Program-made: the position numbers and the translations under genes
DNA from: an uncultured Planctomycetales bacterium
GTDB lineage: Bacteria; Omnitrophota; Gorgyraeia; Zapsychrales; Fredricksoniimonadaceae
DNA: 64,000 nucleotides
Direction of reading: 5' to 3'
Assembly: GCA_964438075.1 (NCBI GenBank)
Contig: CAYTIW010000001.1
Location: forward strand, 18,517 to 82,516
Part shown: positions 11,586 to 23,300 of the stretch, piece by piece
Numbering within the stretch: position 1 is the stretch's first letter
Layout: every line of letters begins with the position of its first letter
The notes under the pieces: model-generated
The model's input: the letters and a program-made list of their open reading frames with translations, nothing else
Told to the model about the DNA's origin: nothing
Databases searched by the model: none

Positions 11586-11809
11586 TATTCAGGAACACCC
11601 TTTACTCCCCGACCGCATCTCTCCAAGGACTTATTTATCCCGCCCTGCCGGGTTAGCCTCTCGCAGCCAGAGCGCGTAGGGCAATCTGAACATATGTCAC
11701 CAGTTTGCTTATTGTTGAAGAAGGCCCTGAAAAGGCGGATCATCAAATAAGCGGCGGAGAACGCGACGATGAACGTCACAATTATCCTTTCCCATGCATC
11801 CCAATTCAT
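11585..11809 (-). CDS. FeoB-associated Cys-rich small membrane protein (74 aa, re-trimmed from the 107-aa track ORF)
   Basis: Internal ATG at 11809 overlaps the feoB TGA (ATGA). The product MNWDAWERIIVTFIVAFSAAYLMIRLFRAFF...CSDCPTRSGC has one TM helix plus a Cys cluster, as in small proteins that follow feoB. Its stop overlaps the ttcA ATG. Confidence 0.6.
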   Translation of the reverse strand: MNWDAWERIIVTFIVAFSAAYLMIRLFRAFFNNKQTGDICSDCPTRSGCERLTRQGGINKSLERCGRGVKGVPE

Positions 11810-13977
11810 AAACCCCACCCTAACAGCCGCCCGGACTGATAAAGAATGAAACATAAGATCCAAGATAATACTGACCAATATCCCACCGCGAAAACGACCC
11901 ACCCCCACCCTATCTCGGCATACATTGCCGAGAGAGAAGCGAAACAGGGCACAACGATCAACGTAAAAAGCATCAACACATAAGCGACCAAGGGACTAAA
12001 GACCGGATCTTTCCTTAGCGCCTGGCGCAAGCTCTCTCCTTTTTCTTCCTCCCCACCCCCCACTTTATATAGCACTCCCAGTGTAGATACCACCATCTCC
12101 TTAGCGGCAAAACCGGTCACTGCCGCCACCCCGATCTTCCAGTCAAAGCCCAGAGGTTCCAATACCGGTTCAAAGGCCCTGCCGATACGTCCGGCAAAGC
12201 TGTAAGATATCGCTTCTCTGGAACGTACAGATCGTAACTGTTCCTTCGCCATCAGGCTGGCACGCGCAGGATCCAATCTTTGGTTACGGCGGGCAGCTTC
12301 CAGTGCCATCTCGTCGATATGTGCCTGGACCCGTATTGCGTCCCCGGCAGGGTCCGGAGGGAGTTTAGGGAAAGAAGTGACCGCCCAGATAAGGATGGAA
12401 GCCGGCAGCAACACCAGCCCGGCCTTTTTTATATAACTCATCGTCTTGTCACGGACATGCCACAGTATCCCTTTTATTGTCGGCATACGATAAGGCGGCA
12501 GTTCCATAACAAAAGGCGTCGAATCCCCTCGCAGGATTGTTGATCTGAAAAAAAGTGAAGAAAAAAGGGCCAATAACACTCCTATCAGATAGATAGAAAA
12601 GACCACATTCCCTGCCTGCCCCCCAAAGAATGCCCCGGCCAAAAGAACGTACACCGGCAGTTTGGCCCCGCAACTCATAAATGGAGTGACCATTACGGTG
12701 ATGATACGATCACGCGCGTTTTTAAGTGTCCGGGCCGCCATTACCGCGGGGACCGAACACCCGAAACCGATGATCATCGGCAGAAAGGACTGCCCGTGCA
12801 AACCAAAGACATGCAAGAAACGGTCCATTATAAAGGCAGCCCGGGCCATGTAACCGGAATCTTCCAACACGGAGATAAAAAGGAAAAGCAGAACGATCAA
12901 AGGCACGAATGAAGTCACCCCACCCACACCGGCAATAACTCCATCCACGACCAGGGAACGTAGCAAACCTTCCGGCATCGCTCCTCCAACAGCAGTACTA
13001 AGCCATGAGAAAAAGAACTCCAGCCAGTTCATGGGATAAATCCCTAATTGGAAGGTCAGATGGAACATCGACCACAATATCAGGAAGAATACCGGCAAAC
13101 CCAGAAAACGGTTAAGGATGAACTTGTCCACCATCTCGGTGACCGTTTCCTTGTCCAGTGCCTCTCTTTTTACCGCCTCGGCAGCAGCGCCGTGAATGTA
13201 CCCGTAACGCTGTTCAGCCACCACCACCGATGCGTCGCGGCCGAAATGCTCCTCAACGATCCTTATACGCTCGGCCACAACCTTCCTGACCGACTCAGAA
13301 CTTTTGTGCCCCGACAAAAGCTCTAACGCACGGGAATCTTTCTCCAGAAGCTTGACCGCGAACCAATGGGGCGGATATTTCACGACAAATTCACGGTCCT
13401 TCTCTATCTCCTCGAGGATCGCGCCGACAGAAGCTTCGAGCTCCAAACCATAACTGTACGCATAGTCCGGAACTTTATTATTCTCAAATACTTCAATGGC
13501 CCTGTCCAAGAGAAGATCCACGCCGGAACCTCTTGTCCCTACGGTCTTGACTACCGGCATCTTAAGGATTTCGGACAATCTTTTATCGTCTATGTGGATC
13601 CCACGGCTAACCGCCTCATCATCCAGGTTCAGGGCCGCGATGATCGGTATATTCAATTCCTGGAACTGCAGGCACAAATAAAGATTACGCTCGATATTGG
13701 TGGAATCTATGACATCAATGACCATGTCCGGTTTTTCATCGATGATAAAATCACGTGCCACCACCTCGTCCATGGAATACGCTGTCAAGCTGTAAATGCC
13801 GGGCAGATCGAAAACGTGGAATTCGTACCCCCTGTAATTACGGCGGCCTTCACGCTTCTCGACCGTGACTCCGGGGTAATTCCCTACCTTCTGGTGGCTG
13901 CCGGTAATAGCGTTAAAAAGGGTGGTCTTGCCGGTATTAGGATTTCCGGCTAAGGCTATACTAATGACCTTGCTCAT
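11806..13977 (-). CDS. feoB: ferrous iron transporter B
   Basis: 723 aa. N-terminal GTPase GNPNTGKTTLFN, DLPG and NLDD motifs, followed by a polytopic permease domain. Confidence 0.93.
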   Translation of the reverse strand: MSKVISIALAGNPNTGKTTLFNAITGSHQKVGNYPGVTVEKREGRRNYRGYEFHVFDLPGIYSLTAYSMDEVVARDFIIDEKPDMVIDVIDSTNIERNLYLCLQFQELNIPIIAALNLDDEAVSRGIHIDDKRLSEILKMPVVKTVGTRGSGVDLLLDRAIEVFENNKVPDYAYSYGLELEASVGAILEEIEKDREFVVKYPPHWFAVKLLEKDSRALELLSGHKSSESVRKVVAERIRIVEEHFGRDASVVVAEQRYGYIHGAAAEAVKREALDKETVTEMVDKFILNRFLGLPVFFLILWSMFHLTFQLGIYPMNWLEFFFSWLSTAVGGAMPEGLLRSLVVDGVIAGVGGVTSFVPLIVLLFLFISVLEDSGYMARAAFIMDRFLHVFGLHGQSFLPMIIGFGCSVPAVMAARTLKNARDRIITVMVTPFMSCGAKLPVYVLLAGAFFGGQAGNVVFSIYLIGVLLALFSSLFFRSTILRGDSTPFVMELPPYRMPTIKGILWHVRDKTMSYIKKAGLVLLPASILIWAVTSFPKLPPDPAGDAIRVQAHIDEMALEAARRNQRLDPARASLMAKEQLRSVRSREAISYSFAGRIGRAFEPVLEPLGFDWKIGVAAVTGFAAKEMVVSTLGVLYKVGGGEEEKGESLRQALRKDPVFSPLVAYVLMLFTLIVVPCFASLSAMYAEIGWGWVVFAVGYWSVLSWILCFILYQSGRLLGWGL

Positions 13978-14276
13978 TGAGTATCACTCTCTTTAGCCGT
14001 CCCCTCCTTACAGTGAGGAAACGCGACCGGTTCAACCTCAACGCCACGGGCCTCCTTACGGCGCAAGGAAATATCATAATGGCATATTTTAACCTGCAAA
14101 GGATCTCCCAGAAATGCGCTCCTTATAACCCGCCCTTCCACTCCACGAACAAAACCCATATCCGCCAGGCGTTTGCCTATCTCTTTCCCCAAGACGACCC
14201 GCTTGACCTTAAAAGGATCACCGTTCTTAAGATCGGCTATGGTCATAGATTTTACCCCTTTTGAGCAGGCTGTCAT
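13974..14276 (-). CDS. feoA: ferrous iron transport protein A (true start possibly ATG at 14246)
   Basis: SH3-like FeoA sequence (KVKRVVLGKEIGKRLADMGFVRGVEGRVI...GDPLQVKI). The stop overlaps the feoB start (ATGA). The internal Met (MTIADL) has AAGGGG 8 nt upstream. Confidence 0.8.
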   Translation of the reverse strand: MTACSKGVKSMTIADLKNGDPFKVKRVVLGKEIGKRLADMGFVRGVEGRVIRSAFLGDPLQVKICHYDISLRRKEARGVEVEPVAFPHCKEGTAKESDTQ

Positions 14277-14334
14277 TGATCAATAACCTCTTATTAAATT
14301 GGTCGTTATATATACCTGAAGATTAATACTTTTT

Positions 14335-15315
14335 TCAGCATCCCCAAAGCTCGGCCAGATCTTCACGGTTGGCATTTAGAACATCGAAGTAATCCAGTTC
14401 CATTTCGATCATTTCCTCATCTTTTTTCCGCAGCCACTCAGACAGCCATGCGAAACGTAAAGAGATAACCATCTCCAAGAAATAGCAGAAGGAAACATCC
14501 GTCCCCAGTCCTGATGAACGCAAGGTGGTCACAAAATCCCCGACCGAACCTCGCCAGAGGCATTCCGGGTCCTCTATGCCCAGGCAACCGACCATGTTGG
14601 CTGCATCGTAAAGTTCCGGTTTAAAACCCATGAATTCCCAGTCGATCAAAGCCGCAATGCCATTCTCCTTCCAAATTATATTGACCGGATGATAATCACC
14701 ATGACAAAAAGCTGAAGGGAAAGAGGGGTACACGGGATACAAATATTCCTGTGCAAAAACATGCATGCTCTGGACGCGGGGATAAATATCCGGTCTATTA
14801 CGGCGGACCGCCGACATCAAGGAATCAATATAATACGGTAGCGAAAAGGGGCCCTCAGACTGCCTCAAGGGCACCGCCTCTGCTGAACGACGGAGGTTGA
14901 CCAACATCTCCCCCATAACTTTCCCACGCCAGCGCTCGTGCACATACTGAGGCCGTTCTAAAGCGATACCGGGCACGAAAGGCACGATCTGCCAAAGGCC
15001 CCCGTTGCTCTCACTTATGAACTCACCGGAAGAATCTCGCAGGTATGGTTGCACCTCCTGTACACCCACCCCCGCCAGCGCTTCCAATGTCTGGGCTATC
15101 CTGGCCTTTCTCTCCCTCAACCGGACAGCTATTCGCTCCAAAACGTACAACTGTCCGCCGACTGATTCCACCACGACCCGATATTCAGACCGCTCAGGGC
15201 TTCCGGCTACAGGCATATCCGGCCTAACCCTGCCTAACGCCAGGCGCCATTTACATAATATCTCAGCGATCATATTCTCATTCATAAAGTTTTTTATTTC
15301 TCCCTTATCATACAA
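14335..15315 (-). CDS. aminoglycoside-phosphotransferase-fold kinase (APH/homoserine-kinase-II-like), substrate unknown
   Basis: FCHGDYHPVNIIW...LIDWEFMG catalytic loop and DxE motif of the APH/choline kinase superfamily. Confidence 0.7.
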   Translation of the reverse strand: MYDKGEIKNFMNENMIAEILCKWRLALGRVRPDMPVAGSPERSEYRVVVESVGGQLYVLERIAVRLRERKARIAQTLEALAGVGVQEVQPYLRDSSGEFISESNGGLWQIVPFVPGIALERPQYVHERWRGKVMGEMLVNLRRSAEAVPLRQSEGPFSLPYYIDSLMSAVRRNRPDIYPRVQSMHVFAQEYLYPVYPSFPSAFCHGDYHPVNIIWKENGIAALIDWEFMGFKPELYDAANMVGCLGIEDPECLWRGSVGDFVTTLRSSGLGTDVSFCYFLEMVISLRFAWLSEWLRKKDEEMIEMELDYFDVLNANREDLAELWGC

Positions 15316-16241
15316 GCTATGAAGAACCCGCTGAAAACCCGGTCCGGCAATATTCGACGGCAGGCCGTCAGGTCGTTCTTATATTCGCGTTTTTTCCAGG
15401 CACTCAGTGCCGGGTAGCACTTTACTCCGGGCAGATCGGGCGCCATCAACCGGAAAAGACCTTGTGTCTTGGTGAGGAACCAGTCTACCACCTCTTCGTT
15501 CTCCTCCGGGGCGAATGTACAGGTGGAATAAACCAACCGCCCCCCGACTTTCAGACCTCGGGCCGAGTTCAACAATATCCCTTTCTGCTTATGGCTCATC
15601 TCCTTTATCTTGCGTTCACTCCAATAAGCATAACTTTCTGGATCGGAAGCCTTAAATCGTCCCTCTGAACTGCAGGGGGCATCGACCAAGACCTTGTCAA
15701 AATATTCACTTTCAAAATGCAATTTCCTCGCGTCGGCCTGCCTGAATCGAACGTTCCTGACGCCTAAAAGTTCACAGACCGCACGTAATTTATAATATCT
15801 GCCCCTAACTGTCTCAACCGCAATAAGTTCCCCCTGCGCTGCCATAAGAGCCGCCATCTGAGAAGTCTTGCTCCCCGGCGCGGCGCAGGCGTCGAGGACC
15901 CTTTCTCCCGGTTTCGGGTCTAGAATAACTGCCGGCAAGAGACTGGCGGCTGACTGCTGGTAAACGAGGCCTTCCCTGACAATCTTCAGATCTGAAAATC
16001 CAAGGCTATTGCCGTTTTCTAAAATGAACGCTCCTGGCACAACCGGAAGTGGTCTCAGGTTAAATCCCAAGCCTTCCAACTCTCCAGAGGATTTTCTTAT
16101 ATCTGCTTTAAGGGTATTAACGCGAACAGAAAGGATATCTTCGATCTCGAATGAAGCATATACCGAAGAAAGATCTTCGGCTGGGATGATGGAAGCTAAA
16201 CGCTGCAGGAAACTAACAGGAAGACCGGAAGATGACGGCAT
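15294..16241 (-). CDS. RNA cytosine-C5 methyltransferase, NOL1/NOP2/Sun (RsmB/RsmF) family
   Basis: VLDACAAPGSKTSQ (SAM motif I), VLVDAPCSSEG (motif IV Cys) and GGRLVYSTCTF (motif VI Cys). Confidence 0.85.
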   Translation of the reverse strand: MPSSSGLPVSFLQRLASIIPAEDLSSVYASFEIEDILSVRVNTLKADIRKSSGELEGLGFNLRPLPVVPGAFILENGNSLGFSDLKIVREGLVYQQSAASLLPAVILDPKPGERVLDACAAPGSKTSQMAALMAAQGELIAVETVRGRYYKLRAVCELLGVRNVRFRQADARKLHFESEYFDKVLVDAPCSSEGRFKASDPESYAYWSERKIKEMSHKQKGILLNSARGLKVGGRLVYSTCTFAPEENEEVVDWFLTKTQGLFRLMAPDLPGVKCYPALSAWKKREYKNDLTACRRILPDRVFSGFFIACMIREK

Positions 16242-16272
16242 GAAGATCTCTATCGGAAAAATAAGGCCAAGC

Positions 16273-16851
16273 CTAAGACATCTTCAAAAGCTCTTTTGCC
16301 TTATCTATAAGGTCTTGTGAATTGAAAGGCTTATCAAAACAGTAATCCACGCCGATCTTTGCGAGCTTTTCCTTGTCACCTTCTTCGAAATAAGCAGAGA
16401 CACCTATGATCTTAGTACGTTCACAATTGGCGGAACGTCTGATCTTCTGCGCGACTTCGTAACCGTTCATCCCCGGCATTTTCATATCCAGGACCACTAT
16501 TTCCGGCTTGAACAAGAGCAACTTGATACCTGCTTCAAAGCCGTCATAGGCCACATCGATCTCGAAACCTGACTCTTTCTTAAAGAACCTTTTGATCGAA
16601 TTGACCATATTGGCATCGTCATCCACTATCAAAAGCTTGCGGTTGGCGCTGCGTCCAGCCAAATGTTCGGGGATGGGCATATTGTACTGCCTGAGGAAGG
16701 CAATAAAATCATCCACAGCCACTCGGCTGTGATTACCAGGGGTACGGTAGGCTTTTAGTTTTCCGTCATGGATCCATTGCAGGACAGTCCGGAGATGGAC
16801 ATGGCAAAGATCGGCGATCTCACCAGTTGTTAAAGGTTTTTCTGTAGGCAT
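16273..16851 (-). CDS. response regulator with N-terminal excisionase/MerR-type HTH and C-terminal receiver
   Basis: LTTGEIADLCHVHLRTVLQWIHDGKLKAYRTPGNHSRV HTH, followed by LLIVDDDANMV...VVLDMKMPGMNG...FDKPF receiver. Confidence 0.8.
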   Translation of the reverse strand: MPTEKPLTTGEIADLCHVHLRTVLQWIHDGKLKAYRTPGNHSRVAVDDFIAFLRQYNMPIPEHLAGRSANRKLLIVDDDANMVNSIKRFFKKESGFEIDVAYDGFEAGIKLLLFKPEIVVLDMKMPGMNGYEVAQKIRRSANCERTKIIGVSAYFEEGDKEKLAKIGVDYCFDKPFNSQDLIDKAKELLKMS

Positions 16852-16892
16852 ATGGGCATTCCTATTTTTCTAATTTCTCTAGTATCAAATAC

Positions 16893-16921
16893 AAGATACA
16901 AGATACACAAAAAAATGTCAA
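16893..16921 (-). promoter_or_regulatory. candidate sigma70-type promoter of the HTH-receiver gene
   Basis: The minus strand reads TTGACA (16921-16916), a 17-nt spacer, then TATCTT (16898-16893). The -10 lies inside the tandem ATACAAG heptamers 16889-16909. Confidence 0.4.
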
Positions 16922-16927
16922 GCACCC

Positions 16928-16943
16928 ATTTTTCTAGAAAAAT
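16928..16943. promoter_or_regulatory. perfect 16-bp palindrome ATTTTTCTAGAAAAAT just upstream of the -35
   Basis: The sequence is its own reverse complement. It lies 7 bp upstream of the TTGACA box, where an operator or activator site would be expected. Confidence 0.35.
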
Positions 16944-16965
16944 AAGTCGATGCAAAATATGGGTT

Positions 16966-17247
16966 TCACTTCGGGTCCAGGACTTCGGCGTCTGCCGCCT
17001 CCAGCAGGACCGAGACCTGATTCCGGTCCACCTCAAAAAGGCCGCCATGAGTGGTCTTGAAAACCATCGGCTGCGCGGCACCGGCCATACGGACCTGGAA
17101 AATTCCCGGTTTAAGTGGAGAGATTAGTGAGGCGTGGTCAGACAACACGCCCATATATCCGCCAGCCCCGGGAACAGAAATATAGTTGACCTGTCCGTCG
17201 AAAAGTATGCGCTCTGGAGTGACTATGCTCAAATGGAATGACTTCAT
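16966..17247 (-). CDS. atpC: F1 ATP synthase epsilon subunit, short form (93 aa, beta-sandwich only)
   Basis: MKSFHLSIVTPERILFDGQVNYISVPGAGGYMGVLSDHASLISPLKPG matches the epsilon N-terminal domain. The ORF ends right after the sandwich. It is the last gene of the atp operon. Confidence 0.85.
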   Translation of the reverse strand: MKSFHLSIVTPERILFDGQVNYISVPGAGGYMGVLSDHASLISPLKPGIFQVRMAGAAQPMVFKTTHGGLFEVDRNQVSVLLEAADAEVLDPK

Positions 17248-17253
17248 AGCGAT

Positions 17254-19519
<2,266 letters not shown>

Positions 19520-19533
19520 ATTTGCATCCGGAG

Positions 19534-21057
19534 CTATTTCTTTGAGAATTCGGCCTTGAACGCTTCTATAGTACTCTTTAGGCTTACTTCTATTTCCGGG
19601 GTGATGTCCCTGGTGTCCTCTATCGCTTTCTCCAACTGCGGCGATCTTCCTTCAACATACTTGAAGAATTCGACTTCGAAACGTTTGACCACCTCTACCG
19701 GGAGATCATCCAGGAAACCATTCACACCGCTGTAAAGTATCATGACCTGCTTAGCCAGGGACAGCGGGGCATATTGTCCCTGTTTGAGGACCTCGACCAC
19801 CCGCTCACCGCGTATGATCTGGTCCTGGGTCGCCTTATCCAGTTCGGAGCCGAACTGCAGGAACGTGACCAGTTCCCTGTACTGGGCCAGGTCGAGGCGC
19901 AGCTTCCCCGCTACCCGTCGCATTGCCTTGGCCTGCGCTTTACCGCCCACACGGGAGACCGATAGCCCGACATTGATGGCCGGACGCACGCCGGAAAAGA
20001 ACAAGTCCGATTCCAGATATATCTGTCCGTCAGTGATGGAGATAACGTTCGTCGGTATATAACTGGTAATATCCCCTCCCTGTGTCTCAATGATAGGCAA
20101 AGCCGTCAACGAACCGCCGCCCAGTTTGTCGGATAGTTTGGCTGAACGCTCCAGTAACCGTGAATGCAGATAGAACACATCACCCGGGTAGGCCTCACGG
20201 CCCGGCGGGCGGCGCAGCAAGAGAGAAAGCTGCCGGTAGGCCTGAGCGTGTTTGGACAGGTCATCGTATACCACCAGGACATCCTTGCCCCGGTACATGA
20301 ATTCTTCGCCGAGCGCGCACCCGGAATAGGGAGCCAGATATTGGGAAGACGCCGATGCGCGCGATGACGCACTGACAATGGTCGTGTACTCCATAGCACC
20401 GTTCTTCCTCAAAACTTGTTCTACCGCCACCACACTGGATATCTTCTGACCTATCGCGACATAAACACAGTAGACGTCCTTCCCCCTCTGGTTGATGATG
20501 GTATCTATGGCAACAGCGGTCTTGCCGGTCTGGCGGTCGCCGATGATCAGCTCGCGTTGTCCGCGCCCGATGGGTATCATGGAGTCGATGGCCTTGATCC
20601 CTGTCTGCATCGGGGCATTGATCGGCTGACGCGAAATAACATCCGGCGCCGTGAACTCCACCGGGCGGAAAGAATCGGCGCTGATCGGGCCTTTACCATC
20701 GATCGGCGCCCCAAGAGCGTTCACAACCCGGCCTTTCATGGCTTCCCCGGCGGGTATCTGAATATTCCTACCGGTCCGCTTGACCACGTCGCCCTCACTG
20801 ATATTCCGGTCCGGATTATCACGCCCGAATATAATGACGCCTACGCTATCTTCCTCGAGGTTGACGGCCATTCCCATTTCCCCATTGGGGAACTCTATGA
20901 TCTCTCCGACCATAACATCATCCAGGCCGTAAACACGGGCAATAGCGTCACCCACCTGTATGACCGTGCCGACCGATTCCGTCTTAAGCTGGCCGTGGTA
21001 GTTCTCCAATTCGGTCTTAATGATCGATGTTATCTCTTCGGGTTTCAAATTGCTCAT
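19534..21057 (-). CDS. atpA: F1 ATP synthase alpha subunit
   Basis: 507 aa with Walker A GDRQTGKT and alpha-specific VYVAIGQK and [26 protein letters not shown]. Confidence 0.97.
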   Translation of the reverse strand: MSNLKPEEITSIIKTELENYHGQLKTESVGTVIQVGDAIARVYGLDDVMVGEIIEFPNGEMGMAVNLEEDSVGVIIFGRDNPDRNISEGDVVKRTGRNIQIPAGEAMKGRVVNALGAPIDGKGPISADSFRPVEFTAPDVISRQPINAPMQTGIKAIDSMIPIGRGQRELIIGDRQTGKTAVAIDTIINQRGKDVYCVYVAIGQKISSVVAVEQVLRKNGAMEYTTIVSASSRASASSQYLAPYSGCALGEEFMYRGKDVLVVYDDLSKHAQAYRQLSLLLRRPPGREAYPGDVFYLHSRLLERSAKLSDKLGGGSLTALPIIETQGGDITSYIPTNVISITDGQIYLESDLFFSGVRPAINVGLSVSRVGGKAQAKAMRRVAGKLRLDLAQYRELVTFLQFGSELDKATQDQIIRGERVVEVLKQGQYAPLSLAKQVMILYSGVNGFLDDLPVEVVKRFEVEFFKYVEGRSPQLEKAIEDTRDITPEIEVSLKSTIEAFKAEFSKK

Positions 21058-21602
21058 GTTCCCACCTGTGCTTTCAACAGTTGTTTTCGCAGATTATTAA
21101 GCTTGTTCCGAACCGAGGAATCTATTACCCTGTTGCCGAATGTGATCCTTACCCCGCCCAAGAGGTCCGGATCAAGCTCGAAATATAAATTCACCTTCCG
21201 TCCTGTTCTTTTGGCCAACGCTTCCCTGATCCGTTCCACGAGTTCCAGTTCCAGGGGGAAAGTGCTCCTCAAAACCACGTCGATAACCACGCCATGGGAA
21301 TAAACCCGGCGGATATAGTTCGCGATATCGGACAGGGAGTCGATGCGCCTTCGGTAAATTAGATATTTGATAAAATCACGTGTCTGTCCAGACAATGCCC
21401 CGGTAAAAACCTTGTCCAGGAAAGAAGACTTTTCCTCCAAAGACACCTCAGGCGCCCTCAGGAAATCCCGCAATTGCGGAGCCTCGCGCAAAGCCCAGTG
21501 CGTGACCCTCATTTCCTCTATGATCCTGGGCATACCTAACGCCGGCAAGGCAAAACTGACATAGGCCTCAGCGTAGCGTATAACGACCAACTTATCTTTC
21601 AT
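21054..21602 (-). CDS. atpH: F1 ATP synthase delta (OSCP) subunit
   Basis: 182 aa. Its position between atpF and atpA, the [10 protein letters not shown]-terminus and [22 protein letters not shown]-terminal motif support the call. Its stop overlaps the atpA start. Confidence 0.85.
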   Translation of the reverse strand: MKDKLVVIRYAEAYVSFALPALGMPRIIEEMRVTHWALREAPQLRDFLRAPEVSLEEKSSFLDKVFTGALSGQTRDFIKYLIYRRRIDSLSDIANYIRRVYSHGVVIDVVLRSTFPLELELVERIREALAKRTGRKVNLYFELDPDLLGGVRITFGNRVIDSSVRNKLNNLRKQLLKAQVGT

Positions 21603-22095
21603 CTGTCTTTTCCAGCTCTGCCAACATTTTCTCTATTAGCTTCCGGTCGGTCTCGAACGTGAGCTTTTCCTGGATCATCTGCTCCGTGACTTTTATGACC
21701 ATTTCCACGATCTCAGCCTTGAGGATATCGCGGGACTTGGCGAATTCGAAACGGATCTCGCCTCTGGCATCTTCGACGATCTTTTCCGCCTCCTCACGCG
21801 CCCTTTCGCGGATCTCTTGAGCCTTGGCCTCTCCCTGATTCTCGGCCTCCTTTATCCGCTTCTGCGCCAGTTCTTCGACCTTGGCCAAGAAAGACTCGTA
21901 ATCCCCTTTAAGCTTAAGAACATCAGATTTCGTGCTCTCAATGGCTTTAAGTTCGTTATCAATACGCGTCTTCCTCTCTTCCAGGACCGAAAAGACCGGC
22001 TTCCAAAGGAACTTCTTTAAAAGCCATAGGACCAGAAAGAAACAGACTATCTGAGCCACAATAATATTAGCGTTCAGAAGTTTTAGTAGTTCCAT
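21592..22095 (-). CDS. atpF: Fo ATP synthase b subunit
   Basis: 167 aa with a single N-terminal TM helix (IVAQIVCFFLVLWLL), then a long charged helix rich in E/K/A/R. Confidence 0.85.
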   Translation of the reverse strand: MELLKLLNANIIVAQIVCFFLVLWLLKKFLWKPVFSVLEERKTRIDNELKAIESTKSDVLKLKGDYESFLAKVEELAQKRIKEAENQGEAKAQEIRERAREEAEKIVEDARGEIRFEFAKSRDILKAEIVEMVIKVTEQMIQEKLTFETDRKLIEKMLAELEKTDER

Positions 22096-22098
22096 ATT

Positions 22099-22344
22099 TT
22101 ACACCGCCACATGCCCGATCTTTCCGACCAGGCCGTATGCAAAGACCATGACATAGATAACGACCGCCTCGATAAGAGCACAGCCCGTGACCATGACGAT
22201 CAGTATCTTCGTCATCGCTTCCGGCTGGCGGCCCAGCGCCTCCATGGACGATCCTACGGCCCTTCCCAGCCCCATGCCGACGCCAAATGCGCCCAGGCCA
22301 AGGCCGATCGGCAAACCTAATGCCAACGCGAACTGGTAATCCAT
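22099..22344 (-). CDS. atpE: Fo ATP synthase c subunit (81 aa, re-trimmed from the 150-aa track ORF)
   Basis: ATG at 22344 preceded by AAGGAGG. MDYQFALALGLPIGLGLGAFGVGMGLG...GRQPEA...ALIEAVVIYVMVF forms the two-helix hairpin with the carrier Glu. Confidence 0.9.
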   Translation of the reverse strand: MDYQFALALGLPIGLGLGAFGVGMGLGRAVGSSMEALGRQPEAMTKILIVMVTGCALIEAVVIYVMVFAYGLVGKIGHVAV

Positions 22345-22376
22345 CGTAACCTCCTTATAGATTTGATCCCGGATTA

Positions 22377-23135
22377 TTAATGTTCTTCTTCGTGAACCAA
22401 AATCAATGCAAAATATACCGTCGTTAAAAGTGAAAAGATCACCGCCTGAATGAACGCAAACAGGCAAACCAGAACGGTATTTATGAACAGAACCGGCAAT
22501 GCTTTCAATCCGCCACTGGCTAAGAGGGCAAGCAACATGTCGTCTCCCCATACGTTACTGCGCAAACGGAGCGACAGGCTCAAAGGCCTGATCAGCTCCC
22601 CCAACAGGTGCAGCGCCAACAAAAATATTGGAAGAATGACCGAAAGAGCCAGGATGCCTCGAGGTTTTCCCATCAAATGGTCGGCATATCCAAAAAATCC
22701 CAATTCCTTCAACGCTGTGTATTGCACGTATACGAATACTATAATAGCCAACCCTAAAGTAACCGACCAGTCCGCTGTCGGAGACTTAAATAAAGGCACC
22801 AAACCAATATAGTTCATTGCCAGTATATATATGAACAAAGTACCGATAAAAGGAGAATATTTGCGCCCTTTGGGCCCCAGCACACTACAGACGAAATCAT
22901 CCACGGTGGTGACAAATATCTCAGCCGCACTCTGTAAGCGCCCTGGTATCAACTGCCTCTTGCGGGTAGCAAAATAAGCGGCCGTTGTGAGCAAGGTTAT
23001 CACCAAGAGAGAATAGATCGTGCTCTCCCAAGTCAAAAGGAAATGCCCGAAAGCGCTGCCCTGATATCTCTCGGCCATCAACCCAATAAAATTGGGGAAT
23101 TCCGGGTGTTCGGCCATGCTATTAGGCTGTGACAT
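22377..23135 (-). CDS. atpB: Fo ATP synthase a subunit
   Basis: 252 aa polytopic protein. LSLSLRLRSNVWGDDML contains the essential Arg motif (LRLxxN). Confidence 0.9.
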   Translation of the reverse strand: MSQPNSMAEHPEFPNFIGLMAERYQGSAFGHFLLTWESTIYSLLVITLLTTAAYFATRKRQLIPGRLQSAAEIFVTTVDDFVCSVLGPKGRKYSPFIGTLFIYILAMNYIGLVPLFKSPTADWSVTLGLAIIVFVYVQYTALKELGFFGYADHLMGKPRGILALSVILPIFLLALHLLGELIRPLSLSLRLRSNVWGDDMLLALLASGGLKALPVLFINTVLVCLFAFIQAVIFSLLTTVYFALILVHEEEH

Positions 23136-23272
23136 TTACTGGACTCCGGCGAAGGTCCTCTTCGGCCTTTCTAACTGAAAAATCAATATAACCAAACAAT
23201 ATCCGAATTGGATGGGGAAATGCGGGCACCAATGCCGGAAAAGAGGACACATCCGTCTTTATTTATTTGTTA

Positions 23273-23300
23273 ACTTTATCACAACAACTAAGTTTGTCAA
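23273..23300 (-). promoter_or_regulatory. candidate promoter of the atp operon
   Basis: The minus strand reads TTGACA (23300-23295), a 16-nt spacer, then TAAAGT (23278-23273). It lies about 135 nt upstream of the atpB ATG in an AT-rich gap. Confidence 0.35.

Noticed and set aside
14277-14334. Possible Fur box upstream of feoA (TAATAAGAGGTTATTGATCA on the minus strand).
   Set aside because: It is only a loose, AT-rich resemblance to the GATAATGATAATCATTATC consensus, with no clear dyad. I am not confident enough to call it.
22345-22551. N-terminal extension of the atpE track ORF (150 aa) overlapping atpB.
   Set aside because: The extension overlaps the atpB coding region and has no c-subunit similarity. 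The internal ATG at 22344 has a perfect AAGGAGG RBS and gives a canonical 81-aa c subunit.
23136-23252. 38-codon ORF ending right at the atpB ATG (MCPLFRHWCPHF...), considered as an AtpI/AtpZ-like gene.
   Set aside because: No convincing RBS and only one short hydrophobic stretch. It is much shorter than the AtpI/AtpZ proteins I know, and the sequence is not reminiscent of them.
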